A stretch of 64,000 nucleotides of DNA from Amoebophrya sp. A120 (taxonomy: Eukaryota; Protista; Dinoflagellata): NCBI GenBank assembly GCA_905178155.1, contig CAJINV010000016.1, positions 186,001 through 250,000 of the forward strand, read 5' to 3'. A program made the translations under genes and the position numbers. The notes beneath the pieces are model-generated. The model saw only the letters and a list, made by a program, of their open reading frames with translations. It ran no database searches and had not been told where the DNA came from. How positions within the stretch are numbered: the stretch's first letter is position 1; each line of letters starts with the position of its first letter. Below, piece by piece: positions 38,001 through 51,200 of this stretch.

Positions 38001-39863
38001 TGAGCGGGTCATACCGCTGAGCGCCATTTTCTTGATTTCGGGGATGCGGTGCGAAGAATCGTCCGAGTTGAAAAGGTCAGGGTCGACGAATTTCTGCTGA
38101 TGTAGTTCATATCCAGGAAAAAACACCCATCCACATCCAATTTGTCATGCAAAACATACATAAAATCCTGTGTTTGTCATGCAAAAAATGGATGTGGATG
38201 GGTTTTTTCTGTGGATAGTTCATCTTGCTGTGCTGTACGAGTTCCGAACGATGACGAACCTGCTTCAAGAACTGCACCCCCTGGCACCTCGTGATCATGC
38301 GCCTGTGGTTCTTGTCGTCCCAGTGACGTCTCATCTTGGTGGTCTCGTTCTTCGAGCTCCGATGCTCTTCCAGAGCTAGTTCCTGTACCTTGCTCTTGTA
38401 GGTCGTGTGACACAGCAGCTACAACACCGGCATGATCATGAACATAGTCATGGCCGCGTTCTTGTTGCTCCTCCTCCACAGATGTTGATACAGTCCTAGT
38501 CTCACCGGAGGACCGAGACTGATTTTCTGGTATTTTTACCCGTGGTGGACCGCCGAGTCCGAGTTCTTCTTGCTGCATAATTGGACCAACATTATTTATC
38601 TTCGTCCCTGAGTTGAAGTTGTCCTCTTCAACGAAGTAGTTCGTGCCGGCTGAAACGTCGGCCGGCTGAAACATCGCATCAACCTCTTGTCCGGTCTCGT
38701 CGACTTTAGCGGCCTGATCATTTTCCAGTTCTTCTCCAAGATAATAAGAGTCTGTTCCAGAAGGACGAGAGGAAGGTGTCCTGTGGTACTTCTGAGTCTG
38801 ACGTGAAGAACTTGATATTTCACTTGCTCCTCCCGACAAGATGAAATCTTCTTGCATCAAATGTCCCTGTCGTGATGATGTCATGCTGGTGCGCGTGCCA
38901 CTTTGCCGCGTAGCAGCAAAGGCTGACGAAGATACCGTCGACCCAAAAGCCGCCCGGGAAAGCTGGTCCTCGACAGCTCTGCTGTTTTCCTCGGACCAGG
39001 TTATGGCGTTCTCAAACGTTACATTCTCAGCTGTTACATCAATTTGTAATGCAAGAGTGGCAAAATTGAAAGGGGGAAGGTTGCGCCTTTTGCATTACAG
39101 GTTTGGCGTAGATTCTCATGCTATCTAGCAAGTCACGAACTTGTCATGCGAAGCAGCTTGATCGTGTAGATATTCATGGCTGATTTGCATTACAAATTCA
39201 TGTAACAGTTGAGAATGTAACATTTGAGAACTCCATACAGGTATTGACTGCGTTTTGTTTTTGTGCTTCATTTTTTTTGTTTATCTCGGCCACCTGCCCC
39301 GAAGTCGACGCTCCTCGCTGGCTCCTCCTGTGGCTTTCGTCATAGGTTTCTGACCAACGACGCCGGTCGTCATCTTCCGGGTGAGCTTCTGTTCCTCGCT
39401 CTCCATGAGGATTATCTTGAAGTACGCTGGGTCTGCAAGTTTGCGCGCCCGCGCGGCCGGCGGAGTGCGATGCAACATTATAAAGTGGCCCTCGTGGTGG
39501 TGCTTGTCCTCGTCGTTCCTCCTGCCACTGAGACGAAGCCTGGGCCTGTGCACGAGCAGCAACTGATGAACTCGAAAATCGCGCCGGGCGGCCAGAAGCG
39601 CCAGAAAAATCAGTCGTGCAGCTGGGTCTTCGTCGCAGACTTCTTGGACATGGTGAAATGGACACAATAACACCAGACAGAGGTGTTGATGACGCTACTA
39701 CCAGTGACGATCTGCAGGTGGTGTTGTGAATATGTCTCTGCTGCTGCTGGTGCGCCGTGGTCGACGTCGTGAGGATTTTATTTATTCGTCGCAGCGGCAG
39801 TCCCGGCGGCGGGGGCTTTTTCATCCTTCTGCCTGACCGTGAAGCAAAGTCCTTCATTTTCAT
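35024..39863 (-). CDS. Helical-repeat RNA-binding-like protein (RAP/FASTK/HPR-like), possibly organelle-targeted
   Basis: Seven introners removed in frame. Repeats such as DELVQITWSYATNREYDEKLFVRVAEIMLRKIDRANPTQVIRCVSAFTRLNFRDDRVL; Arg/Ser-rich N-terminus; C-terminal ERFCGLYFVD. The family call is by resemblance only. Confidence 0.6.
35267..35416. mobile_element. Introner family A
   Basis: Family A TIR; DR TCGTG. Confidence 0.88.
35991..36248. mobile_element. Introner family C
   Basis: Family C TIR; DR AATGA. Confidence 0.9.
36750..36914. mobile_element. Introner family A
   Basis: Family A TIR; DR GGCTT. Confidence 0.9.
37101..37379. mobile_element. Introner family C
   Basis: Family C TIR; DR CTTCC. 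Confidence 0.9.
37762..38013. mobile_element. Introner, B-related family
   Basis: TIR core CCGCT.AGACGTTACAATCTCAA; DR CCACT/CCGCT. Confidence 0.88.
38110..38217. mobile_element. Introner family E
   Basis: Family E TIR; DR GTTCA. Confidence 0.9.
39002..39237. mobile_element. Introner family B
   Basis: Family B TIR; DR CAGGT. Confidence 0.9.
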
Positions 39864-42265
39864 CTTATCAAAAAAATTTGTTTGGCGACGTTATCTTTCT
39901 CTTACCACTGTTTCTGTGTTTTTGGATCATTTTCTAGTGTGTCGATAATGTCGGTGATCTCGCTCCTGACAGACCACCCTGATGGGCGGGGCGTAGCAAC
40001 TAGTCTTGATCTTCTCGCAGATGATCTAAAACGGCTGGCGGAGCAATTCTTTTTCTACTTCCCACGCATGTCATAGGTCAACAAAATAGATGCCGTAGAT
40101 TCGAAAGCAATAGCCCTCGCAATTAAGAGGGACGGAAACAAAGGAACAAAAAGAAACAGACAATATCAAGCTGCAAGAGCCAAGAGGCTCTTCAGATTGA
40201 GATCATTTATTTTGTTTTATCATTCGGAAGTTCCAGCAGAGCTGCAAGACCAAGACGAGTATATACGACATTCCCGCAAAAATAACGCCGGAAATAAAAG
40301 ACGTCAACACAAGGCTACTTCGCGGTCGCGCAAATATCAAGTAAAACGCAAGTCGCAATAAGAAAAACGCAAGTCGCAGTGAGAAAACGCAAACTAACAA
40401 ACTGTGTTCTCAAGAAATAGAAATGTCTTCTGTATCTCACCTTGTGGCGAAGGCGCTAGGTCCGAAACTTCTAAACGGAGACTTATTGTTTTTTTTTCTT
40501 TATCAAACAAAAGCTAGCACGTCCGAACAAATGCGTACCAGAAAAAATAACGAGGAGTCATCTTTCTCTAGTACTTCAACTTCTTCCCGCGAGTAAGACT
40601 TATACCTTGGCCTTTCCTTTTTTTCCTTCTTCCTTTGGGGTTAGCGTTAGTGATGTTCCTTGATAATTTTTACACGAGCCATAGCGAACGGCGTAGTGCT
40701 AGTGGTAGTGGTTGCAGTTGTTCATGTCAGAAAAAGGTGTCCCAGCGACCCTCTCGTCCTTCGCTAGGCTTCGGACAAATCGTTCCAAATAGCTGCATTT
40801 CTGTGTATTAGAGCGATAGCATCTTCCTTTTGATTCATCAAATCAAAACGTGGCTCTACTCGAATACTCCTCTGGGTGCACCACGACCTTTAACTGTTAC
40901 TGTACTAGATCCAACAACAATGATAGTGAATTATGACTTTCAACAGTGGGACATATGCAAGGTTTAGGTGGTTTTGGTTTGCGGTTCTTGAGCTTTTTGC
41001 ATACTGAGATCATGATCGCCCAGAGGAGCAGATACGTTGTTGTAACAGCACTAGCAATCTACGACTTCGACATCGACAGATTGAGTTTGGGTTTGCATGT
41101 CAAGGCAGGGTCTTTCAATGGTGGAAAAACTTATTCCCACGTAGCAAATAAATTATACAGTGATGTTGAGAGATGCTGGCTCATCTCCTCGCCTTTGCTC
41201 ATAATGCTCTTGGTCATATGAAAGATTGACTTTTACAAACGGTAGGAATCAAAAGGGAAAGTAGAGACGACAAACTACTTACTAATTGCGCTATCTGTTT
41301 CTTCCTTCTCTCTCGTCCCGTCCGCGTGTCTCGATAGCGATTTTCATTTTGATGTTCTTACCCAGGAGAAATTTTTAAAGTGTGCAAATAATTTAGTTGT
41401 CAATTTCATCAGGGAAAGAACGCGGTGTAAAATAAACGTGTGCACTTGCTACTTAAGGCCCATAATCAATGACCATTTGGAATTCTTCATCAATGCATCC
41501 AATTAATTTTAATTTGGTTCTTCCCAAAATTATACTAGAAGCCAAAACGAAAAGTGATGACTTTGACGCTCATCTTTAGAGTGTCCCTTATCGACTCCTA
41601 TTCTTTTTCGCCGCTTGAATAGGTAGCTGCTGGATTTGGAAAGACGCCAAAACGACAAATATATAAACTTAATCTTAAAATGGAAATCATACAAACAGTA
41701 CAAATGCGGGTTCTTGCCAACTTTAACTTCTTCATCTCGTCCGCCTGTGGTACTGGTAGCGACTTAGAAAATAAAACCTCCAATACATCGGCCTTGACCT
41801 CCTGCATGTGTAGTCCTACCTGCCTTTGTACGGGTAAGGGTACTAAGCTGGAAGCTTGAAGGCGTTGTGACTGTGAGTTGTACGTAATATCATAATTCTT
41901 TTACCGGAACAAAACCAACGATGTTCAGACGAGATGCGAAGTCGAACGTATGTGTGTACTTTGTTGCTTTAGCCGTATTCAAGCTTCATCTTCCTTGCGG
42001 TGGAGATGAAGCTGAGAGATAAGTAGTAAGTGGCAATAAATAAAATGCGTCAACAACTTCTAGCGCAGCAGGTCGAGAAACTACAGGAAATTGTACTTAC
42101 CTATAGCTTCGTTAGTCTTAGTTCCCTGTGTCAACCCTGTGTGACATTCAACATCATGGCATAAAACGCTTCAGAAAAAAACGTGGACGCCGTCGAGGTT
42201 TTGAAGTTGATTTGCGAGCTATCCTGATGCATCAATTTACTTGTGAGCGAGAACGGGCTAGTCTC

Positions 42266-45200
42266 TTACAGCTGCGGGAGTTCCGTTTTTTCTGTTTCTG
42301 TTTGCAATCGCCTCTGTACTGCTAGTGCTGCTCTGCGCTCTCTCTGTCGTCTTGTCTTTGCTCTTTCAGGCGTCTCGTCCACCTCCTCCTTGCTACTGGG
42401 TTGACTTGGCTCCGCTGCTGGTGCTGCAGTGGAAGCAGGTGTACCTTCCGCAGCTCGAGCCGAAGATCCCGGCATCGTGCCGCCACTTGCCGGTCCTTTG
42501 CCTGCTTGCTTTCGCGAAGATTTAGTTTGTGTTGCGCTTTTTACGAGTTGCGCTGGTGCCGGGCTGGCCGCAGCAAGTAACTGCTGCGGTATAATTCCTG
42601 CAGATGAAGATGCAGAAGCTGATGAAGACCCACGACCTTGTGTAGTAGGTCTCTTTGTGATTGTGCCGCCGGGTTGTAAGGCCTTCGCAGCATATAATTG
42701 AATCAGTACTTGTGCTTGTTCCGCATTCATTGGTGTAAGTCCGGCTTGTTCGCCCCGCTTTATTTTCGCCTGCGCCTGCTGCTCGGCATGCAGATCTTGC
42801 AGCTCCGTCACCCGACGCTTTTCGTGGTGCTTGCGTGACTTTTCCTGGATGTAGTCCTTCATGAGCTGCAATTTCTCCGTTTTTTCGAAAATCGGGTTCT
42901 CGATTTCGTAGCACTTTGCGGCCTCGGCGGCGCGATTCCAATCGTTCAGGTCCCACGTGTTCTGAATGTCCGTTGGGTCCGGCCCTTTTTCCACGCGGAT
43001 TTTGGTCCGCTTCAGCACTTCCTCGAGCCAGTAAGCTACGTAGATATCGAGTTCGAAGGAAGTAGTTCGTCCCTGCTTCTCCACCGGAATTGTCAGCGTA
43101 GGAAAGTGCATCACGTGTGCTTGTAGAAATTCCGCGAATTTCAGCTCCTGCTGGTCGTTACGGACCGTATCTGTAACCACCTGCGGCTGTGCGATCGCTC
43201 GCTTCTCCACGGAGCCCATCCTGACCCCAAGCTCAACGCTCCAATCACTGCCACGACCTGATTGCGGTTGATGTCCTGCAGCTGGAGGCTCTTCCTGACC
43301 GCGGTCAGTTCCTTCGCTGGCAGATTTCTTTTTCCAGGTCGCAAACGAGATGGTGGCTGTGTCTGCAATGTCCAGTACGGGTCTGTCGGGGCAAGAGCCG
43401 GCTGCTGTTCCCGCCGCGCCGTCGGCGAAAAGATACGCGGGTAGTTGCGGAACTTGCCCGGCTATGCATTGCAAAAAATAATTGTACGTCTGGATGATCC
43501 TCTGGAGGGGTTGTCGTGTAGTTGTGATGGATCATATGACCTCACTACATACAAAAATCCGTAATATTGCATAAGCACCAAAAGCAGAAGCTGCCCACTT
43601 CTTATTTCCACGCAAGGAGAAGCGAATTCTTTGATGTACTGATACCGCGGGGACGTGGAACAAAATTTTGAAAACATAAACACGCTTTTGCAACATGAGA
43701 AGCTGTGGTCAACAACATGATGCTCTTGCATGCAATCGTTTCCAGAAGATGGCCAAGACATTGTAATATCTGCTGCATCGTGGATACCCATCTGAGCTAG
43801 CTGCCTCGCTTTTTGCAGCTCATGGATTTTGTGCAGCGATTGCAGCATTTTCTTCTCTCTCGCTTCCCTTTCGGCTTTTTCCCTGGCCCAATGCAGATCC
43901 GCCAGAAGTGCTGCCTGGTTCAGCAGAATCTCCCGGTCGAAGAGTTTGCGAATCGCCTCGACTCTCCGCTTCGCCTCCTTGAGAACACCAGCAGCCACCG
44001 CATCGTCCCCGGCGACCTGGACGTGCGGGGATATTTCGTTACTGAAGACCAGCAGCGCCAGGAGCCAGTGGTACTCCGGAATCCCGTATGGCTTGCAAAT
44101 ATGTCTGGGTCTGGAACATTCTAAACTTGTGCTGCTGTCTCTGGATTCTAAAAAAATCTGTATTGCATTACCAGCAAGAGGACTCCATTTTGTGCTACGC
44201 GGAGAGGGCATTTCTCATGCGGTAGAGGGATCACAAAGTCCTCTAAAAATCTGTGATGCTACGGCATGCTTCATAGACATCATGGCTCATGGAAAATATG
44301 CATGACAAATCTCGAAATCTTCCAGACCCAGACATTTTTGCATTTGATATCCCGAAGTGCGCTAGCGCGTCCCGGAGCGCGAAAGACTTCGTGTTCTCCC
44401 GGTCATGTTCCTCGAGCAGTTTCTCTCTTTCCGCTTTGGATTTAACAGCGGTTGCGTTTCCAACTGGTAGCTCTTGGTCCCGGGGTCGTTTCCCCTGTCG
44501 CTTTTTCGGTATCAGGGTGCACTACATCCTCGCCGACTCTCGTCTTTCATTTGTCACGCAAAACGGCCAAGGCTTCGTGTATGTTGAGCCTCCTTTTGGC
44601 CGTGCTGCTTGCATGACAACAAATTCTTGCATGATAACAACTTTTGGGTACAACTAGCCAAACGCAAACTTCTAAACTGCTCGTCTATTGTCTGGAGCTG
44701 TATGTTGATTCGTGGCCATTCAAGCACCGCGTTCTCATTTTTGAGGTCCTCGTCGTGGCTTCATCTGTTTGTACTATGCTAGAAATGCACTGCAAAAAAT
44801 GATGTGGACGAGGGGCAGTAGTTGATGTGCACTCTCATATTCGACCGGTTGTGTGTAGTTTGCTGTTGTTTCGTCGCACCGTCAGCATCACTTTCGTCCC
44901 CGTCAACCAGAAGCTTAGAAGCCGCGTCATTCGCTAGGTGGCCAAAGTGCCGAGATATCCTGAGTAAAAACGTCCCCCCCATATTTTTCATGCAACTCTG
45001 CATGCCTAGAGCGAGAGCCAGAATGTCTCACGACAGGGGAGCTCCCTCGAGATCCATCTTCTTCACGAGCATGAGTTTTGGAATTTTTAGAAGTGGTGCT
45101 TCATGTTCTTGGGCTGGCCAATTTGTACTGATACACCCTGTATTTGAATTTGTAAAGTCTGGACCTGCTCAGCGCGTACCGCGGTCTCTTTCTTAGCTAC

Positions 45201-48200
45201 CAGGCAGGAAAAATAAACTACGTCTCCAAATTTGTCACCACGCAGAGTTCATCGCACAACTTCTGCTTAATTTTCTTAGCGCCAGATTTCAGGAGCAGCG
45301 GACGTTTCTGCGCAGGATATGACTGTTCGTGAGGCAGGCGAAGCAAGCATCACCGCGCGTGTCAGCACGTTTTTCCTCTTCAGTCCGCCTTTTCCTTGCC
45401 TCGATGCCTTCTCCGAAGTCGGTTACCAGGGATACCCTCCCTTCTCCGAAGTTGGCGTGCACCCCCGCTTTCTCTCTCCTTCTCCTTGCAAGTTCTTTTC
45501 GCATCTGCCCTTCCGCTGGCTGCACTAGGTGCCATTTCGGGAACTCCGGATTCTCGTTCATTTTGTCGAGGCTGGCAGGGTTGCAACACGCGTGCGGCAT
45601 TCCGCAAGCACACACATGGCCGATGGCGGTCCCATACTCAAACTGCCAAGCTGGCGCTCCTTCGCCTTGCTCCTTTTTTTTTCTCACGCCGGTCCACCTG
45701 GGCAGCCCACAGGTGCACAGGTGATCCCCATCGTGGCCGGCCCCGTGGGGCCCAGCTAGAACGCGAAGGCGAAGCTCTTCCCCGCCCCCAAAAAGCTCCG
45801 CTCTCTCGCGAGCACGTTTCAGGATTTCTTCCGCGGCCTGCTTGTCGTGTTGGTGTTGCATGAAACCAATCACCTTGGCTTGCAAACTAGCTTCATCAAT
45901 TGGATCTGCCGGTTGTATTAACGTCGACACGTCGACCCCGTGTGCAGCAGCAGCTCCTGCTGTGGGACCCATCGCCCACGCTGCGTCGTCCCGTTTTTTT
46001 CCGTACTCGCAAAGCTGTTTGAATTGCTGTTGGAACGTCTTGCTCAAAGGTGGCTGAGCAGCTGAACCTGCTCCAGGACCTTTTCTTGTTTCGACGTGTG
46101 GCAATTTTTTCTTCTTTATTATTTTTTTCAAAACTTTAACTTTTCGCGCTGGGCTATTCCTCTGCTTTTCTTTCTGATTTTTTCTTTTCAATTTTTTTTT
46201 GGCGACAAAGTCTTTCTGATTTTTTCTTTTAAATCTTCTTTTTGCGGCAAAGCGAGTTGCGACAAAGCGAGTTTGACGCCGTTCACCGAATAGCGAGGAC
46301 AAAGCGAGTTTGACTCCCTTCTTCCGAGCACGGAACTTTGCCTGCTCACTTGGATGGCGCAAATCCCGCGGAATGAGGTCTTCGGAGCGCAGGAAGGGCT
46401 TGGAAAAAAGCAACCCCGAGGTGGTCAAGTCCCAGCGCGAAGCGGAAGTTGTACAAGTTTTCACGAATTTGATTCCGAACACCTGTTCCAGGGATCTCGC
46501 CACGACCTTCAGCTTCTGATCGTACCTCTCCTCGAACGTTTTCGCTTCTCCGCCGCCGAATTGCGGGCCCGCCGCCAAGCTGTAGTGGGAAGCCAACCAG
46601 TAGGCGTCACTCGGGTGCACGGCGGCTTCCCCGAAGAACCCAGTCTCGGAGCTGAACAACAGCTGCGGCACCCCGAAATCCACGCCGAGGGGTTTCATCT
46701 TTGCTGGGCTGTCGGAGCCTGACCGCCGCGATCCCGATGCCGAAAAAGAGGAAGGAGCGGCGCAAGGAGGATTACTTTTTCTTTTCGCAGAAGATTCTTT
46801 TTCTTGCACTGGTCGTGGTACTAGATTGTTCCGAAACGTTTCCAGATGCTGCAGTTGGTACTGACTAAGCAGTGCGTCCTTTCTTGATGATGCTGTTGCT
46901 CCACGAGGACCCTCGGGGGCGCCAGTGGAGAACAAGAGGTCGTTCTTTTTCCCGAATTCCGTATCAAATGCAAAAGTGTCTGGGTCTGGGAGAGTGCCAG
47001 ACTTGTCATGCAGATTTTACATGACCCATGACGCCCGTAATGGATAACCTGGCATCACATATTTCTAGCGGGCTTTCTGATGCCTATCCCGCATGAGAAA
47101 TGCCCTCCCCATGTAGCACAAACTGGACCCCTCTTGCTGATCATGCAATACAGATTCTTTTAGAATGCAGAGACAGCATCACAAGTTGCAATCTTCCAGA
47201 CCCAGACATTTTTACATTTGATATTCCGAGACCAGCTGCACATCGGCCACAAGCACATGGCGTCCCGTCTTATCCTGTGCAAAAGTATCGTATTCGTACT
47301 CGTAGTAATTGCAGTCATGCATAACAAATATTTTTCTTAAGGTAAATCCGCATTGCAAATTTTATTTCTCATTCTAAGGAAATTTGTAATGCATTTATAC
47401 GAGTACGATACTTTTGCAATTCATACGTCTCGTCCGGCTTGGCAAGTGTAGTTTCTACAGCCTCGACGTCGTCCGGAAAAGCCAGCCATGCGCCGATGCC
47501 GTCCGCCGGGCCACGGAGCTTTCGGGCATAGTACTGAACGTCTGCCGCGCCGAAGAACTCACTTATGAACTGCAAAACAAGTATCGCACTCGTATAAATG
47601 CATCACAAATTTCCTCAGCATTAGAAATAAAACTTGTAATGCTGATGTACCTTGAGAAAGAGATTTGCAATGCATGATTGCAATACGAGTACGATACTTT
47701 TACACAGGATATCACTGAACAGGCCGCCATTTCTTGTTTCCACGAGCGCTTCCCGGGCGATTATGGAAGCGTCAGGTTTGAAATCGTCAAAGTTGAAATA
47801 ATCTGTAATGCATAAAATGCATGACCCGAGGCACGTGTGTTGCAGAGCAGGCCAGTGAGGCCGATTGTAAGCCTGTTTGGGGTTACAGCTCGAGCTGCTG
47901 AAGTAGCATGAGAAAATCACTCTTTTCTCTTTTTTGCCTAAACAGCATGACAAACTGGATTTAGGGACCACCGAAATTTGTCATGCGCCACTTAGAAACT
48001 GGGTTCCAACTGGCATCAATTTTATGCATGACACATTATTTCAACTTTGTCGATTTCAACTCTGACACATCCATAGCGATTTGCAAGTCCATATCTTGGC
48101 CTCGGTACAAAAGGACCTCGCGGCTTGTTCTGCTCTCGTGTACTGGTTGATCGGGATTTATTCTACCGCCGAAACCTGCTGCCGCTGCTGGCGCGGCAAT

Positions 48201-51200
48201 CGCTTCCTCCTCCGCCTTAGCCTTGTACTCGTTTACCCTTTCTCCCCAAAACGCGTACCAGTTTGATGCTGAGAATGGTGCTCTACTACTTCTGCTCGAG
48301 TGAAGATGCTGCATCTTCTTTACCACGCTCGGGTTTTTTTTCAAGACCGCATTCCAAATATTGTCGAAGCCCGGCACAAAGTCGTAATCGAGCTCGTCTT
48401 CCTGCTCCCGGCCCCGAATCATCAAATAGCCGTGCGGTTCGGTCAAATCCACAGCATTGGCGTAACACTCGTGCTTGAGAAATTTGTACAGGTCCGATTT
48501 CTGGTACGTCACAATTTTATCATTTGTAGTTCCCTCTCTTTCTTGCAGTTCTGGTTCATCTCCTACAGCTGGTGCTTTTTCGCCGTCGTAAATTTTGGAC
48601 CCAAAAGGCGAGGTGACAGATGACAATACCTCGTCACCAGGACGTCGAGGATCTTCTTCTGGAGTCGCCCCCGCCCCGGCGGACCACATCGCTGGGGAGG
48701 TCATAGTACCACCAGCAGCACCCGTCGTGGCTTGCTGCAACAGCGGACGCAACAGCAGCCGATGCTGGGCCTCCGGGACGGAGCGTTGTAGCTCATTTCT
48801 TTCTGCGGTCGGAGCAGCACCGCTGCCCTTCCGCACAAGCTGTTTCTTGTGTTGCTCGAAAAATAAAAACGCCTCTTGCAACGCGTGGCAGAGCTGCGCG
48901 ATCAGAATGGCACGCTTCTCGAAGAGGGAGAGCTTCGTCGTCGCGGTTCGCATCTCTCCTTGCGAGAAAAGCTGGTGCTCCAGCGAAAACAGGAACTGCA
49001 GGTCTTCTTCCTTTAGTTTGCTCTCCGGCTGAAAGAGGAGGTAGTTGCTTATGGATGAAGATGATTTACCGGAAACAGATCCTCCTGCGTCACTCCTCTC
49101 GGAATCCGACTCGTCACCACGCTTCGCCTCCTCACGTGCAGCCTCTTCTTTCAGCTCCAACTCCATGTAGGTCTCGTACTGCAACTGGATGCGGATCAAA
49201 TAGCGCTGCAAGGGGGAAGCCGTGCTCTGCGGCGGCGAAGGCGGATCTGACGCGGCTGCACTAGACGGAGTGCTAATAATTCCTGCGTCGAAGAACTCGC
49301 GGAGCCACTTTTTCGCGAAAAACTCGTCCAGCACAGGGTCGAGCTTCGTTTCGATCGGACGATCTGTAAACCGCGTCTCTTGCTGCAGTGCGGCGAGGCC
49401 GACTGCCCGCATGCCCTCCCTTGTTTCGGCCGACAGGGCGCTTTCGCTTCTGGGCACTAGCTATCAACTGTAAAAACGTCTGGGTCTGGAACATTCCGAC
49501 ACTTGTCATGCACGTTTTGCATGAGCCCTGATGTCTGTGATGCATGCCCTAGCATCACAGATTTTTTCGGAGCTTCTTGATGCCTATTCCGCATGACAAA
49601 TGCCCTCTCCGCGTAGCAAAAATTACATTGCTTTTGGTACTCATGCAATACAGATTTTTCTGGAATCCAAATGCAGCATGACAAGTTGCATTCTTCCAGA
49701 CCCAGACACTTTTACATTTGATACTAGCTCCCCGGACGTGTCGATTGCCTCGGACAGCACATCTCTTCCCTCCGCCTTGTCCTTTTTGACCCCGAGTTGC
49801 TCCAGGATGGCTTTCTGGAACACGGCACTGAATCTCTTATGAACTGCAAATATGTCTGGGTCTCGGAGATAATTGCGAGATTTGTCATGCTAGTCTGGCA
49901 TGACTCCGAGCTCTGTATTGCGTGCCCGCGAAGAGGAGCTCCTCTTGTCTGTCATGCAAAAACCAAAACGCAGTTTCTCATGCGGAGTACTACGCAACTC
50001 TGAACCAGCACGGAAAAACTTGTCATGCTGGGGAGCGCATTACAGTGTGCTCACCATTCCCTTCCTTGCATTACAAGTTTCCAGACATCCAGGGATATTT
50101 GCAATGCATACCTCTGCCAGATGTGCAGGTCCAGCGCCATCGCGGCCCGCAGGCCCCTATCCAAGAAAAAAAGTTCGTCACGATCACTCATGCGCATTCT
50201 TGCAATACAAAATTGCTTGTCATGCGTAAAAATGCATCACAGCCAAACTGCATTAGGGATTTCCCTAGTGTTTCTGCAATACAAGGAAAGTTTGTGGTGC
50301 TAAGAAAATTTGTAATGCAAAACCTGCAAGTTAGTGACTGTGACAAACTTTTTTCTCTCCATAGCCCCGGAAGGTACGTTTCAAAATGTCGAACCGCGTT
50401 TCAAACTGCGCTACCTCCTCGTCCGTCAGTGGGGATTGCTCTTCCTCGACGTGGAAGTCTGGACGAACAGCACGACGCGCACCAGATCTTTTCCTCGCCC
50501 TCCCACGAGCAGCAGGCCGCGGCGTAGTTCTCCCGCGATCTCCACCGCTTGAAGATGAAACGTCCGCGTCGTCAATATCCGCATCCTCTTCGTAACCATC
50601 ACTTCCGCTGGTGGTGTCATCCTCTTCATCCCCACTGTCAGATGAGGAACAAGAGCGGCTACTATCATCATCACTCCCCACCTGCACGTCTGTACCAGCT
50701 GCATGAGGAAAGAACTGAGAACCGGTAATCTGTGCAACAAGTTTTTCCTGCACCAAGTTTTTTCTGTTCCATTCTCGAATCTCTTCCTCCGTCCAAAGCC
50801 GAAACGGAGTCGGAGGAGCAGAAGGCGCAGGAACAGTGGTGGGAGCAGGGGGTTGCGTTGCAGAAGACGCAGGAGCTGCAGCAGCTCCTCGACCCAGCAC
50901 GAGGAGCTGGGCAGCAAGGAGCAGTGCTCCTTGTCCAGCTCCTCGTGCTGGGCCTCCTCGTGGGTTGCGGCGAATAGACACAGGGGGCCCGACGCTTTTC
51001 TTCCTGTTCCTACGAGAAGATGAGGACGCAGACCTCGCACTTCTACGAGCAGCAGAAGAGCCACGGCTACTTCTGCCTGCTCGCGGGGAAATAGCAGAAG
51101 AGGGCCCAGCAGCACCTTCTCCTTGTGCACGCTTTTCACTTCCGCCCTGAATCGTAGCAATTTCGACGGCCCGGGACGCTGTACTCCTACCAGGTCTTTC

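Noticed and set aside
40343-40393. AAAACGCAAGTCGCA repeated about 2.5 times
   Set aside because: Short local tandem duplication with no further structure.
46100-46320. AT-rich, Lys-rich stretch as a possible intron or insertion
   Set aside because: The frame is open and there is no TIR, DR or clear splice site; kept as low-complexity coding sequence.
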